Shown: positions 1 through 10,500, counted from the first letter of the stretch. The stretch: DNA of 64,000 bases from an uncultured Pseudomonadota bacterium (GCA_963770835.1 CAVYRH010000010.1:32001-96000), one strand, 5' to 3'. Numbers and translations are program-made. Notes: generated by a model not told the origin, from the letters alone.

Positions 1-204
1 ACTCGTCCCCGCTTCTTTAAGGGGATGAAAGTGCCGGAGGTCCTATTGTCGGGCAACCATGCCCAGATCGACCGGTGGAGAAAAAAAGAGTCCCTGAAGA
101 ATACTTTGGCCAAGCGTCCCGACCTTTTGGACCGGGTCGTCCTCGCCGAAGAAGACCTTAAACTCTTAAAGGAAGCGCAAAAAGAATTGGAAGCGGGCGG
201 CTAA
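1..204 (+). CDS. trmD: tRNA (guanine37-N1)-methyltransferase, 3' part (runs off window start)
   Basis: Frame 1 reads [27 protein letters not shown]...KRPDLL, the TrmD C-terminal motif; stop TAA 202-204; directly upstream of rplS. Confidence 0.93.
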   Translation, partial: TRPRFFKGMKVPEVLLSGNHAQIDRWRKKESLKNTLAKRPDLLDRVVLAEEDLKLLKEAQKELEAGG

Positions 205-243
205 ACCGCCCCGTTTTTGAGGATAAAGAAGGAGCAGGCAGCC

Positions 244-720
244 ATGAACTTGACGATTCGAAAAATCGAGGAGAGCCAGGTTATCCGGAAAACCGTGCCC
301 TTCAAGGTGGGTGACACGGTGAAGGTTTCCTTGAGGATCAAGGAAGGCGAGAAGGAACGCATCCAGGTTTACGAAGGTTTGGTCATCGGAATCCAAGGCG
401 CGGGCGGCAAGATGAAGTTCACGGTCCGCAAGATTTCCTACGGCGTCGGCGTGGAAAAAACCTTTTACTACCAGTCGCCCATGATCAAGGACGTCAAGGT
501 GAGCCGTTCAGGCAAGGTGCGCCGCGGCAAATTGTTCTACCTGCGGGGCAAACTGAATAAGAAGGACGCCCGCATCCAGGAAGGCAAAAAAGTCCTAGTG
601 CATAGCGAAGGTGCCGCGGAAACGGTTTCGGCCACCAACGTCGAATCCGCCCCTGTGGAATCGGTCGAAGCCCCCAAAACGGAAGCAGCCCCGGAGAAAC
701 CCAAAACCGAAAAGGCTTGA
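244..720 (+). CDS. rplS: 50S ribosomal protein L19 with Ala/Glu/Pro/Lys-rich C-terminal extension
   Basis: FKVGDTVKV..IKEGEKERIQVYEGLVI...TVRKISYGVGVEKTF...GKVRRGKLFYLR; AAGGAG upstream of ATG 244. Confidence 0.97.
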   Translation: MNLTIRKIEESQVIRKTVPFKVGDTVKVSLRIKEGEKERIQVYEGLVIGIQGAGGKMKFTVRKISYGVGVEKTFYYQSPMIKDVKVSRSGKVRRGKLFYLRGKLNKKDARIQEGKKVLVHSEGAAETVSATNVESAPVESVEAPKTEAAPEKPKTEKA

Positions 721-738
721 TCCACCTAACGTTTTTTC

Positions 739-771
739 AAAACCGTCTCGGAAAACCGGGGCGGTTTTTTT
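739..771 (+). terminator. Intrinsic terminator after rplS
   Basis: AAAACCGTCTCGG-AAAA-CCGGGGCGGTTTT followed by a T run. Confidence 0.75.
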
Positions 772-823
772 GTTTGGGGACCCCAGCTTGAACCCTTCGC
801 CATTCGCGGGTAGGATAGCCGCC

Positions 824-2554
824 ATGAAAAAAACATTAGGCCTGCTTTTCCTTTTGCTTTCCTTGGGGTTTGAAATCGGCTGCACCGGCAGCGGCGCGGT
901 GAGCCCGCTCACCCCCGCCAAGGCCTCCCAACCGGACCCGTCCACGGCCGCCGCCGAGGACTCGGACGTGGTTTATTGGACTTCCTTTCCCGTGACCTAC
1001 ACGTTGACCGACCCATTGAACGGTATCTGCCTCATCAACAAAAAGCTCGGCTGGGCCTGCGGCAACAACGGCCAAATGCTCAAGTGGGACGGCGACACAT
1101 GGTCGAAGGTGGACACGGGGCTGGCTAAAAACGAGAATCTGATGGCGGTGGTTTTCGCCGATGAACACGAGGGCTGGGCCATGGGAACCCACGGCGTCAT
1201 CCTGCATTACAACAACGGCACCTGGAACCTGGACAACTCCCCCACCCAGGAGCTCCTCTACAGCGCGGTGGTGACCCCCTCCCGCAACGTATGGGCCGTA
1301 GGCTCCAACGGGGCGATTCTCACCTATAACGGTATCTCCTGGGGAATGGTCACCGCGGTTTCCCAGTCCGGCGGCTCTTCGGTGACGGTGACGGACGATA
1401 TTTACGGCGTCGGGCTATACGGCCAGAACAACGGCTGGGCGGTGGGCAACCGCGGGCTCATCTTGGGCTTTGACGGCCAAAAGTGGACGCCTTATACGGC
1501 CAGCCCCACCACCGAAAGGCTCAATTCCGTTTCGGTGATCAACGAAGTGCAGGCCTGGATCGTGGGGGCCTTCGGCACTATCCTGCGTTATAACGGCACC
1601 ACCTGGACCAAGATCGCCAATGCTTTTTCCGGCTTCGACCTTTACCAAGTCCACATGAAGAGCGACGACGACGGCTGGGGCATCGGCCAGGACGGGACCA
1701 TCATTTATTACGACGGAAGCCGCTGGATTTCCCACCAGAAACCGGAAGGAAAGCCCTCCCTCAACGCCATTGCTTTTTACAAGGACGAGGGGTTTATGGT
1801 CGGTCAAAACGGGGCCATCCTGAGGTTCCAACCCAACGGGGAAATGGCCAAGTTCACTTTCTTGTTCAAGGGGGCCGTTTCCAAACAGCCGACGAAAGAA
1901 AATCCTTACTGGACCCTTACCTATACCCTCATGAACCAAAGCCCCAAGGCTTCGCCCTTGGCCACCTTTGAGCTGCCGATTCCCAAGGGTTTGAGCCCTT
2001 ACCAGCCCAAGCCTACCCCGACCCCCGAGCCGGGCGGGGCCGCCACCCCTGGGGCTTCTTCACCGGCCTCCCTGGTGACATCGACCCCGACCTCCTCCCC
2101 GACTCCCACGCCCGCCGGTCCAAAGCCCTCACCCCAAACCGGCTCCGGTCCCGCCAGCCAATCCGGGAAGTCCGCCAGTACCGCCTCCGCGGTCACGGGC
2201 AACTGGACCATGAAGGATAATAACTTGGAGTGGGAAATTGGAAACATTTCTTCCTCGGAAATCAAAACAATTACCGTTTTACTCCAGGATAAGAAAGGCG
2301 AACAAAAAGAATATCCCGTCCTCCTGAAAGCCGTATTAAAATCAACCGATAAGGTGATCGCGGAGGCGGTTCCGGTGACTTTGATCGCTTCGGAACCGAA
2401 ACCGGTGATACAAGCGGCTCGCGCGATAACAACTCCCGCTACGACCACGGTTTCTACAGCTCCGGCGAAGCCTGCGGCCACCCCCGGGAACGCGGATGAC
2501 TCCGAAGAAGGCGGTGCCCCCAATGTCCAACCCACTCCCGCTCCCCGAAATTGA
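824..2554 (+). CDS. Putative lipoprotein: YCF48/BNR-like beta-propeller, Ig-like domain with Pro/Thr-rich insert and tail
   Basis: MKK + hydrophobic stretch + EIG-C; about 7 repeats of WAVGxxGxILx(Y/F)(D/N)GxxW; PTPTP linkers. Confidence 0.75.
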   Translation: MKKTLGLLFLLLSLGFEIGCTGSGAVSPLTPAKASQPDPSTAAAEDSDVVYWTSFPVTYTLTDPLNGICLINKKLGWACGNNGQMLKWDGDTWSKVDTGLAKNENLMAVVFADEHEGWAMGTHGVILHYNNGTWNLDNSPTQELLYSAVVTPSRNVWAVGSNGAILTYNGISWGMVTAVSQSGGSSVTVTDDIYGVGLYGQNNGWAVGNRGLILGFDGQKWTPYTASPTTERLNSVSVINEVQAWIVGAFGTILRYNGTTWTKIANAFSGFDLYQVHMKSDDDGWGIGQDGTIIYYDGSRWISHQKPEGKPSLNAIAFYKDEGFMVGQNGAILRFQPNGEMAKFTFLFKGAVSKQPTKENPYWTLTYTLMNQSPKASPLATFELPIPKGLSPYQPKPTPTPEPGGAATPGASSPASLVTSTPTSSPTPTPAGPKPSPQTGSGPASQSGKSASTASAVTGNWTMKDNNLEWEIGNISSSEIKTITVLLQDKKGEQKEYPVLLKAVLKSTDKVIAEAVPVTLIASEPKPVIQAARAITTPATTTVSTAPAKPAATPGNADDSEEGGAPNVQPTPAPRN

Positions 2555-3521
2555 AGCCGAAGCCTTAAAAGATAAGTCGCCCACCCAATCCCTGGATTAT
2601 TTGAAGAACCACTTGAAGGACGACGTCCGGACCGGCGCCAAGCGACTGTTGGAGAAATTTAAGAAAGCCGTCCAAAGGGAAGAAAAAGAACAAAAACGGC
2701 TGGAATCCCTCTGGAAATACGAGCAAGAGGCACGGGAAAAAGGATTCCTCAAAGTGGCGGGCATCGATGAGGCGGGGCGCGGCCCGCTCGCGGGTCCCGT
2801 GGTGGCCGCCGCGGTCATCCTGCCGTCCGAGGGAATACCCGCCGGCATTGATGATTCTAAGAAACTCACCGCCAAGAAGCGGGAAGAGCTTTTCGGGAAG
2901 ATCCGGGCAATAGCCTTGGGTGTGGGGGTGGGCCAGGCCGATGTGCGGGAGATCGACGAATTGAACATCTACCGGGCGGCCCAATTAGCCATGGAAAGGG
3001 CCGTCGGCGCCTTAGGGGTGAAGCCCGATTATCTCCTGACCGACGCCATGCCCCTTCCCGCGTTGAAGTCCATACCCCAAAAACCCCTCGTGCATGGGGA
3101 CGCCCTATCCCTCAGTATCGCGGCGGCCTCCATCATCGCCAAGGTAACGCGGGACCGGTTGATGGGCGAGATGCACCGGCAATACCCGGTTTACGGGTTT
3201 GAGGGACACAAGGGATACGGAACAGAAGAACATATGAGGGCCTTGGAAGCCCACGGCCCCTGCCCGGAGCACCGCCTGAGTTTTGGTCCCGTTATGGAGA
3301 CACTGGCCCGGAAATCGCCCGGGGGGCCCCTGGGTTATTGGAAGGAAAAGCTCAACCAGTCCCAAAATCCCAAGGAACTGCGGCAAGTGGGGGTTCAAAT
3401 CAAACGGATCGCCATGGAACACTTGACCGAAGGGGATTTGAAAATACTCCGGGACCTCTTTCGAAGCAAGAGAAACGAATTTAACGTCAGTTCGCAGCCG
3501 GCGGTTCGCAGTCCGCAGTGA
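2523..3521 (+). CDS. rnhB: Ribonuclease HII with N- and C-terminal extensions
   Basis: AGIDEAGRGPLAGPVVAAAV, DDSKKL, SIAAASIIAKVTRD, HKGYGT; start uncertain (overlaps upstream gene). Confidence 0.95.
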   Translation: MSNPLPLPEIEAEALKDKSPTQSLDYLKNHLKDDVRTGAKRLLEKFKKAVQREEKEQKRLESLWKYEQEAREKGFLKVAGIDEAGRGPLAGPVVAAAVILPSEGIPAGIDDSKKLTAKKREELFGKIRAIALGVGVGQADVREIDELNIYRAAQLAMERAVGALGVKPDYLLTDAMPLPALKSIPQKPLVHGDALSLSIAAASIIAKVTRDRLMGEMHRQYPVYGFEGHKGYGTEEHMRALEAHGPCPEHRLSFGPVMETLARKSPGGPLGYWKEKLNQSQNPKELRQVGVQIKRIAMEHLTEGDLKILRDLFRSKRNEFNVSSQPAVRSPQ

Positions 3522-3572
3522 GAAACTTAAAACTTCGAACTCGGATTCTTTTACTATCAAAAGAGAGTATGA

Positions 3573-3974
3573 ATGAAGAAAAAGAATCTGGTAAGCACCC
3601 ACCAAAAAGGAAAATGGGGGGAGGAGAGGGCGGCCGTTTTTTTACGGTTGAAGGGGTACAGTATCCTAGAGAAAAATTACCGCGTTCCCCAGGGTGAGAT
3701 CGACCTGATCGCCTGGAAGAACGGAACACTGGTTTTCGTGGAGGTAAAGGCCCGCAGGGGGCTCGCCCAGGGGACGCCCCTGGAGGCGGTTTCAACGCAC
3801 AAGGTCCGGCGTTTGTCGGCCGCGGCGGCGGTTTACCTGTCCTACCGTAAGGACCCGCCGGCCAACTGCCGGTTCGACGTGGTGACTTTGGGCCCTGAAA
3901 AGAATTGGATGGGCTTGGCCCGGATCCGGCATTTCGAGAATGCCTTTCCGGCCAGCGGTAACTTCAATATTTAA
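3573..3974 (+). CDS. yraN: YraN family (UPF0102) endonuclease-fold protein
   Basis: GKWGEERA..L..KGY.ILEKNYR...GEIDLIA....LVFVEVKAR...RFDVV; usual neighbour of rnhB. Confidence 0.92.
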   Translation: MKKKNLVSTHQKGKWGEERAAVFLRLKGYSILEKNYRVPQGEIDLIAWKNGTLVFVEVKARRGLAQGTPLEAVSTHKVRRLSAAAAVYLSYRKDPPANCRFDVVTLGPEKNWMGLARIRHFENAFPASGNFNI

Positions 3975-3993
3975 ATTAAACTAAGGAAAAAAC

Positions 3994-5259
3994 ATGAAAA
4001 CTTTTCCATTCAACATCCCGGCGAAAACCTTAGGCCTTCTCAAGAAAATCGGCCAGTTGGCCGACGAGCGGGGGGAAACGGCCTACGCCGTGGGCGGCTT
4101 CGTGCGGGATCTCTTCCTCCATCGCCCGGGCGTGGACATCGACATCACGGTGGAAGGAGACGGCCTTAGCTTCGCCGAGAAACTGGCCAAATTGACCCAT
4201 TCGGAGGTCGAAGCCTTCACCCGATTTGGGACCTCTATCGTGGTGGTACCCGGCTTCGGCAAGGTGGATATCGCCACGGCCAGGACCGAGAGCTATGAAA
4301 ATCCGGGCGCCTTGCCTTCGGTCAAAAAAAGCGGGATCGTTCAGGACCTTTACCGGAGGGATTTCACCATCAACGCCATGGCCTTGAGCCTCTCGCCGGG
4401 CTATTTCCTGAAGCTCCTGGATCCTTTCGGGGGGCAAGACGACCTCAAAAAAGGCCGAGTGCGGGCGCTTCACGGGAAGAGTTTCATTGACGATCCCACC
4501 CGCATCTTCCGGGCGGTGCGGTTTGAACAAAGGTTTAAAAAGCGGATCGAGGAAAAAACGCAGAAATGGCTTTTAGAAGCCGTCAAGGGCGGTTATATCC
4601 AGAGGGTTTCGGGGGAGAGGCTGCGCAACGAGTTGCGGCTGATCTTCCAGGAGCCCCACCCCGAAAGGGCGGTGAAAAGGCTGGAAGAGCTGGGGGTTTT
4701 GCCCCATATCCATCCCGCGCTGGGGGTTTCGGCGAAAGCGAAAAAGGCCTTGCCCCATATCGCCGCCGCCATGGTCTTTTTCCACCGGAACAAGATCGCC
4801 TTGGAGGAAGAAACAATGGTCTGGTTCCAGGCCCTCCTCGCCAGCCCCACGGAAAAAGAAGCGGAAGCCCTTTCCAAGCGCCTGATGCTGTCCCGGCCAG
4901 AGCAAAAAATCGTCACCCAGTCCGCCAAGGCCCACCCGGCCCTCTATAAAGATCTATCCCGCAAGGACGCGACGGTGAGCCGCATGTACAAGCTCCTTTG
5001 CCCCTTGCGGCCGGAAGTGCAGTGTTATTTGATGGCGGCCGCGCCGTCGCCCAGCTTGCGCGGGAAACTCGCGGGGTATTTCTCGAAGATCCAAAAGTCG
5101 AAGCCCTGGATTAGGGGCCGGGACCTCCAGGCCATCGGTATCGCGCCGGGGTTCCGTTATTCGTTCATTTTGCTGGAGGCCCTCAACGCCCAGTTGGACG
5201 GAAAATTCAGGAACCGAGGGGAAGCGCTGAACTGGGTGAAAAAAACATTCGTTACTTGA
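3994..5259 (+). CDS. CCA-adding tRNA nucleotidyltransferase / poly(A) polymerase family
   Basis: VGGFVRDL, DIDI, DIATARTESY, DLYRRDFTINAMA, DDPTRIFRAVRF. Confidence 0.9.
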   Translation: MKTFPFNIPAKTLGLLKKIGQLADERGETAYAVGGFVRDLFLHRPGVDIDITVEGDGLSFAEKLAKLTHSEVEAFTRFGTSIVVVPGFGKVDIATARTESYENPGALPSVKKSGIVQDLYRRDFTINAMALSLSPGYFLKLLDPFGGQDDLKKGRVRALHGKSFIDDPTRIFRAVRFEQRFKKRIEEKTQKWLLEAVKGGYIQRVSGERLRNELRLIFQEPHPERAVKRLEELGVLPHIHPALGVSAKAKKALPHIAAAMVFFHRNKIALEEETMVWFQALLASPTEKEAEALSKRLMLSRPEQKIVTQSAKAHPALYKDLSRKDATVSRMYKLLCPLRPEVQCYLMAAAPSPSLRGKLAGYFSKIQKSKPWIRGRDLQAIGIAPGFRYSFILLEALNAQLDGKFRNRGEALNWVKKTFVT

Positions 5260-5386
5260 TCACTTTCCCTATGCTCCCGATACTCAGTGTGGGCACAGGG
5301 TCGGGATTTTTTTGTTTTTTAAGGCCGCTGAATCCGCTAAAGTTAATCCGAATCACGCAAATCCCCGACAAAATTCAGGTGAAAAA

Positions 5387-5986
5387 ATGGATGAAGCCAG
5401 ATTAGTTAACGCCGTGATGAAGCTGGGGGTGCTGGTCTTCTCCCTCTGTCTTCACGAATTCGGCCATGCCTACGCGGCCTACCGCTTGGGGGACCCGACG
5501 GCCAAGATGGTGGGGCGCATGACCATCGATCCCCGGGTCCACGTGGACCCCATCGGGACCATTCTTTTTCCCTTGATGATGTTTCTTTTTCCCGGCCTTT
5601 TCCTGTTCGGGTGGGCGAAACCCGTTCCCGTTACCGTTGAAAATTTGAGAAATCCCCGCCGTGACGGAGCCCTAGTGGCCCTGGCGGGCCCGGCCATGAA
5701 CATCCTTTTGGCCCTTATCTCCCTCGGAGTCCTGGTTTTGTTGGGGACTTTTTCCTTTTTAGGAATGGATGACAGCATGGCGGGAACTGTCCTGCAGTTT
5801 GTCCAATTCTTCCTTTTAATGAATATCGGGCTGGCGGTATTTAATTTAGTACCCATTTATCCCCTGGATGGTTCGTGGATCTTAAAATCCATTCTTCCAC
5901 CCAGATGGGCCTACCAGGTTTCGCGGTTCGACCGTTACGGTTTTATGGTGCTTTTTGGGATTTTCATTTTGCTCCGTTATCTCTGA
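5387..5986 (+). CDS. Site-2 protease (M50 zinc metalloprotease)
   Basis: HEFGH, GDPTA, GWAKPVPV, ALAGP, FNLVPIYPLDG. Confidence 0.92.
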   Translation: MDEARLVNAVMKLGVLVFSLCLHEFGHAYAAYRLGDPTAKMVGRMTIDPRVHVDPIGTILFPLMMFLFPGLFLFGWAKPVPVTVENLRNPRRDGALVALAGPAMNILLALISLGVLVLLGTFSFLGMDDSMAGTVLQFVQFFLLMNIGLAVFNLVPIYPLDGSWILKSILPPRWAYQVSRFDRYGFMVLFGIFILLRYL

Positions 5987-6009
5987 CGTTTTTTAGGAAA
6001 AGGGGTCTT

Positions 6010-7038
6010 TTGGCGCCTGAACCCGTGAAAAAACCAATCCGTTATTTGTCCGGCGTCCAATCCAGCGGTCGGCTCCACCTGGGCAATTACTACGGGGCCA
6101 TTCGCAACCATATCCGGCTCCAGGACGAGGGGGAATGCTTTTATTTCATCGCCAACTATCATGCCCTTAACACCGTCCAGGACGCGGACGCGCTTAGAAG
6201 ATTCACCTTTATGGTAGCCGCCGATTATTTAGCCTTGGGTCTGGACCCCGCCAAGGCCCTGCTTTTTCGGCAAAGCGATGTCCCGGAAGTCACCGAATTG
6301 GCTTGGCTTTTAAGCACGGTTACTGGGATGGGGCTTATGGAGCGGGCCCATTCCTACAAGGACAAAATAGCCCGGGGGATCGCCCCCAACCTCGGCTTGT
6401 TCAACTATCCCGCCCTCATGGCGGCGGATATCCTCATCTACCAAAGCGACAAGGTGCCGGTGGGCCAGGACCAGATCCAGCACATTGAAATGTGCCGCGA
6501 CATGGCGGGTTATTTCAATCACACGTTTAAGAAAGACTTGTTCAAGCTTCCGGAAGCTGTTTTAAGCGATGCCCCCAAAGTGATGGGCTTGACCGGGGGC
6601 AAGATGAGCAAAAGCGACGAGGCAAGCGTCGTTCCCATTTTCGGGGAACCGGCGGAAATCAAAAAGAAAGTGATGGGCATCTTGACCGATTCCAAGGGCG
6701 TCCAGGACCCCAAGGACCCGGATCAAAACGTGATTTACCTTTTATACCGTCTCGTGGCCCCGCCGGAGGAAGCGGCCCAAATGGAAAAGGGTTTCCGCCA
6801 AGGCGGGTTGGGTTATGGGGACGCGAAAAAACTCCTGGTTACCAAATTGGAGCAGGTTTTCGGCGGCGAGAGGCGGGAGAAGCGGAAAAAGATGGAGGAA
6901 AACCCCGACATGGTAGAGGATGTCCTGATCGCCGGCGCCCACAAGGCTCGCCAAGCGGCGGCATCCACCATGGAAAAGGCCTATGAGGCCGTGGGAATCC
7001 CCGCTTCCAAGATTAAAAAGGCGATGTTGAGCATTTAG
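6010..7038 (+). CDS. trpS: Tryptophan--tRNA ligase
   Basis: SGVQSSGRLHLGNY (HIGH-type), YPALMAADIL, VPVGQDQIQH, KMSKS; start TTG 6010 or GTG 6025. Confidence 0.96.
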   Translation: MAPEPVKKPIRYLSGVQSSGRLHLGNYYGAIRNHIRLQDEGECFYFIANYHALNTVQDADALRRFTFMVAADYLALGLDPAKALLFRQSDVPEVTELAWLLSTVTGMGLMERAHSYKDKIARGIAPNLGLFNYPALMAADILIYQSDKVPVGQDQIQHIEMCRDMAGYFNHTFKKDLFKLPEAVLSDAPKVMGLTGGKMSKSDEASVVPIFGEPAEIKKKVMGILTDSKGVQDPKDPDQNVIYLLYRLVAPPEEAAQMEKGFRQGGLGYGDAKKLLVTKLEQVFGGERREKRKKMEENPDMVEDVLIAGAHKARQAAASTMEKAYEAVGIPASKIKKAMLSI

Positions 7039-7064
7039 AGAAACCGATTTAAACCTAACTTGAG

Positions 7065-7928
7065 GTGTTTGTGAGCGAGACGGAATCCCAAGACAAGTCG
7101 ACGAATGGCCCGGTGGAAATCACCCTTTCCAATTCGGTGATGAGCGTCGTCATCAAGGAAATCATCAACCAGGAGGACCAAAGGCCCACCTATCAAATTA
7201 CCTTTCCTTCCTTCGACGGGCCCATGGACCTTTTGCTCCACCTCATCAAAGAACACGAACTGGACATTTATGACATCCCGATCTCCAAAATCACCCGGGA
7301 GTACTTGGATTACCTGGAGCTGATGCGCACCCTCAACCTGGAAATCGCCGGGGATTTCCTGGTTATGGCCGCCACGCTCATGCAGATCAAGAGCCGTATG
7401 CTGCTGCCGGTGGATCCCACGCCGGACGAGCCGCAGGAGGACCCGCGGCTGGAGCTGATGCGGCGCCTGGTTGAGTACAAGAAGTTCAAGGACGCCGCCG
7501 AGCAACTGGGTGGACTGGAGAAAAACCAGACCCAGCTTTTGTCCCGCAACATTCCCGACGACCTGAAACAAGTGGGGGAGGAGGAACACCTGGAAGAAGT
7601 CACCCTTTTCGGCCTTTTGGCCGCCTTCAAGGACGTCTTGATCCATACGCAGGAGGATGTGACGGCGGAGCTGTCGCGGCCGGAGATCACCGTCAGCCAG
7701 AAGATCAACGACCTGATGGACGTCCTCCAGGCGCAGCAAAAAATCGTGTTCCGGCCTATTTTGACCGCCTGCCGGACCAAGATCGAGAAAATCGTGGCTT
7801 TGCTGGCCCTGCTGGAACTGATCCGCTTGAAACTGGTGAAGGTCTTCCAGGACAAGGTATTTGGGGAAATCGAGGTTCATTTGCTCTCCAATATCGCTCC
7901 GGGCAACGCGCCGGAGGCGGCTGGATAA
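7065..7928 (+). CDS. scpA: Segregation/condensation protein A
   Basis: FDGPMDLLLHLI...LDIYDIPI...FLVMAATLMQIKSRMLLP...LLELIR; start uncertain. Confidence 0.94.
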   Translation: MFVSETESQDKSTNGPVEITLSNSVMSVVIKEIINQEDQRPTYQITFPSFDGPMDLLLHLIKEHELDIYDIPISKITREYLDYLELMRTLNLEIAGDFLVMAATLMQIKSRMLLPVDPTPDEPQEDPRLELMRRLVEYKKFKDAAEQLGGLEKNQTQLLSRNIPDDLKQVGEEEHLEEVTLFGLLAAFKDVLIHTQEDVTAELSRPEITVSQKINDLMDVLQAQQKIVFRPILTACRTKIEKIVALLALLELIRLKLVKVFQDKVFGEIEVHLLSNIAPGNAPEAAG

Positions 7929-7990
7929 AGATTTGACCGCGGATGTACCCTGGGGCCGTCATTACCTATTAAGAAAGAGGGACTTGGATA

Positions 7991-8674
7991 GTGGAAACCG
8001 ACAAACTTAAAAAAATCCTGGAGAGCCTGCTGTTCGTCAGTGAAACCCCCCTGTCACCCAAGCGGGTCGCTTCGTTCGTCAAGGACGCCACGGCGGAGGA
8101 GGTCCAGAAGGCCCTAGCGGCCCTGCGGGAGGAAATCAACCAAATGGACCGGAGCTTCCAGGTGCTCGAGATCGCCGAGGGGTACCAACTGGTTACCCGC
8201 CCCGAATACCACAAGTGGGCCAAGGAACTTTATAAGGTCATTTCCAAGACCCGCCTTTCCAAGGCTTCCATGGAAGCCCTGGCCATCATCGCCTACAAAC
8301 AGCCGGTGACCCGCGCCGAGGTGGAGGCTATCCGGGGTGTGGAGGTCAGCAACCTCATCCAGTCCCTGTTGGAAAAAAAGATGGTCCGCATCCTGGGCCG
8401 CGCCGAAACCCCCGGCCGCCCCCTGCTTTACGGCACCACCCATGAGTTCCTCATCCATTTCGGGCTTCGGGACCTTTCGGACCTGCCCAAAGTTTCTGAA
8501 ATCCAAGAGCTGGCGGGGGACAGGCCCTCGCCGGAGTTCCTCAAAGAGATGGAAGGGGAACTACGCCGTCGGGAAACCAAGCTGGGCTTGGGCCCTGCCA
8601 CCGAGGAAGAAACGGCCCCGGGCATCCCCGAACCGCCTACCTCCCCCGACTCGGTTTCCGAAACGCCCTCTTAA
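7991..8674 (+). CDS. scpB: SMC-Scp complex subunit ScpB
   Basis: LESLLFVS, LSKASMEALAIIAYKQPVTRAEVEAIRGV, GRPLLYGTT..FL..FGL. Confidence 0.95.
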   Translation: METDKLKKILESLLFVSETPLSPKRVASFVKDATAEEVQKALAALREEINQMDRSFQVLEIAEGYQLVTRPEYHKWAKELYKVISKTRLSKASMEALAIIAYKQPVTRAEVEAIRGVEVSNLIQSLLEKKMVRILGRAETPGRPLLYGTTHEFLIHFGLRDLSDLPKVSEIQELAGDRPSPEFLKEMEGELRRRETKLGLGPATEEETAPGIPEPPTSPDSVSETPS

Positions 8675-8685
8675 TCCCGTTAGGT

Positions 8686-8714
8686 TTGACACCCCCAAAA
8701 CGCTTGATTATAGT
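8686..8714 (+). promoter_or_regulatory. Sigma70-type promoter for the cyclase gene
   Basis: TTGACA-17 bp-TATAGT, about 50 bp before the TTG start. Confidence 0.65.
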
Positions 8715-8764
8715 AGGCCCTGCCGTTTCATTTCTTTGTCCAAATCTGACGACGGGAGCCGTTC

Positions 8765-10401
8765 TTGAGCAAGTCCACCGCCCCTTCCTCACCCCCCGCA
8801 GGGACCAAACCCGTCCGTAAACACCATCTTTTTTCCCTCCGGGTCAAGTTCATCCTGGTTCTCACCTCCCTGATTTGCGTGGTCATGGGGGCGGTCACCT
8901 GGCTGGTCCTGGACCAAATGCGCCAAACCCTCATCCAACAGGTTATCGAGCGTGGAGAATCCCAGGCCCGAAGCTTGTCCTTCAACAGCGCGGATTCACT
9001 GTTGAAGGAGTTGTCCCCCGCCCAGACCGGGGGCGAAGACCCCACCTTGGCGATGATGCAACTCGTTTCGGATGCCATGAAGGTGGAATCCACCGCCGCC
9101 AAACGGAATATCCCCTCGGGGCTGACTCCTTTCCAGGAATCCCTCATGGGTTATACCAACACGTTGGATGCAATGGCCCGGAAGTTTATTTGGCCCGATG
9201 AGAACATCTTGAAAAACGCGGGAGATATGGAATACGCCTTGATTATTGATAAGAACGACAAGGTCGTAGCCGACAATGCCATTGCGGATATCACCAAGTC
9301 GGCCTCCGAGGTGCTTCCCCCCGGGATTCAGCCAATGGGAGATGTGAAGGAAAATACCACTTTCACCCAGGCCTGCCGCGCCAAGGACGGACGGGATATT
9401 TACGACATCGCCGCGCCCATCCTCACCTCCACGGTGGACGCCAGCGGCCAGACCACCGCCCTGAAGATCGGCGAAGTGCATATCGGCATGAACCAGAACA
9501 CCATCACCAAGGCGGTGCGGTACGTGGCCATCGCCATCATCCTGACAACCGTTGCGGTCCTGCTCCTGGGCATTATCTTCATGATGGTTTTCGTGACCGT
9601 CATGATCAAGCCCATCCGGCTCCTGGTCAACGGCGTGTCGGCCATCGCGGCTGGGAATTTCGACCAAAAGATCAACATCAAGCGGGCCGACGAGCTGGGC
9701 GACCTCACCAGCGCCTTCAACGAGATGGCCAAGAGCCTCAAGGAAAAGGAAGTCATGCGGGGCGCCTTCTCCAAGGTGGTCACCAAGAGCGTCATGGACC
9801 ACCTGATCCAGCATCCGGACGGCCTCAAGCTGGGGGGGAAAAAAGAGTGGTCACAGTCTTTTTTTCTGACATCCGGGGCTTCACTCCGATGTCCGAGGCC
9901 CTCTCAGCCGAGCAAGTCGTGCACATTCTTAATGAGTATTTCACGGCCATGACGTCCATCATCTTCAAGTACCAGGGCACCCTGGACAAGTACATGGGGG
10001 ACGCCATCATGGCCATCTGGGGGGCCCCTATCGAGATACCCGACCACGCCGAGCGGGCGGTTTTGGCCGCCGTCGAGATGGGCGAGAAAATGAAGGAACT
10101 GCAGGCCAAGTGGCGCATGGAGGGAAAGCGGGAAGTCAACATCGGCATCGGCATCAACAGCGGCGAGGTGGTCGTGGGCAATATCGGTTCCAACGAAAGG
10201 TTGGAATATACGGCCATCGGTGATAACGTCAACTTGACCCAGCGGCTGGAATCGGTGGCCGAAAAGGGCCAGATCCTGATCTCGGCGGCCACTTATGAGC
10301 GTGTGAAGCACAAGGTGAACGCCGTCATGCTGGACCCCATCAAGGTCAAAGGCAAGGCCGAAAAAGTCATGGCTTACAGCGTCCAAGGGTTGCTAACCTG
10401 A
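8765..10401 (+). CDS. Membrane class III adenylate/guanylate cyclase (2 TM, periplasmic domain, HAMP), split by a one-base frameshift at ~9832-9844
   Basis: ORF 8765-9952 has TMs and HAMP (DELGDLTSAFNEMA); ORF 9847-10401 has FSDIRGFT, DKYMGDAIMA, GIGINSG, YTAIGDNVN. One extra G in the G7 run gives LGGEKRVVTVFFSD and a 545-aa protein. Confidence 0.9.
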
Positions 10402-10500
10402 AGTGTGCCTTACTTCCCAAAATACTCCCTTCTTGCCCGGTGTTCTCAAATTGCTTCCAGTCCGCAGGGCGCGCGTTTAAAACCGGGGAAATGAGCCGAT

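Noticed and set aside
611..823. N-terminal extensions given by the ORF track (611, 5312, 5875, 11914, 44946, 57483, 59264)
   Set aside because: They overlap neighbours, terminators or repeats; downstream starts fit family N-termini and RBS positions better.
3994..8674. CCA enzyme-M50 protease-trpS-scpAB as a novel system
   Set aside because: A commonly conserved housekeeping arrangement.
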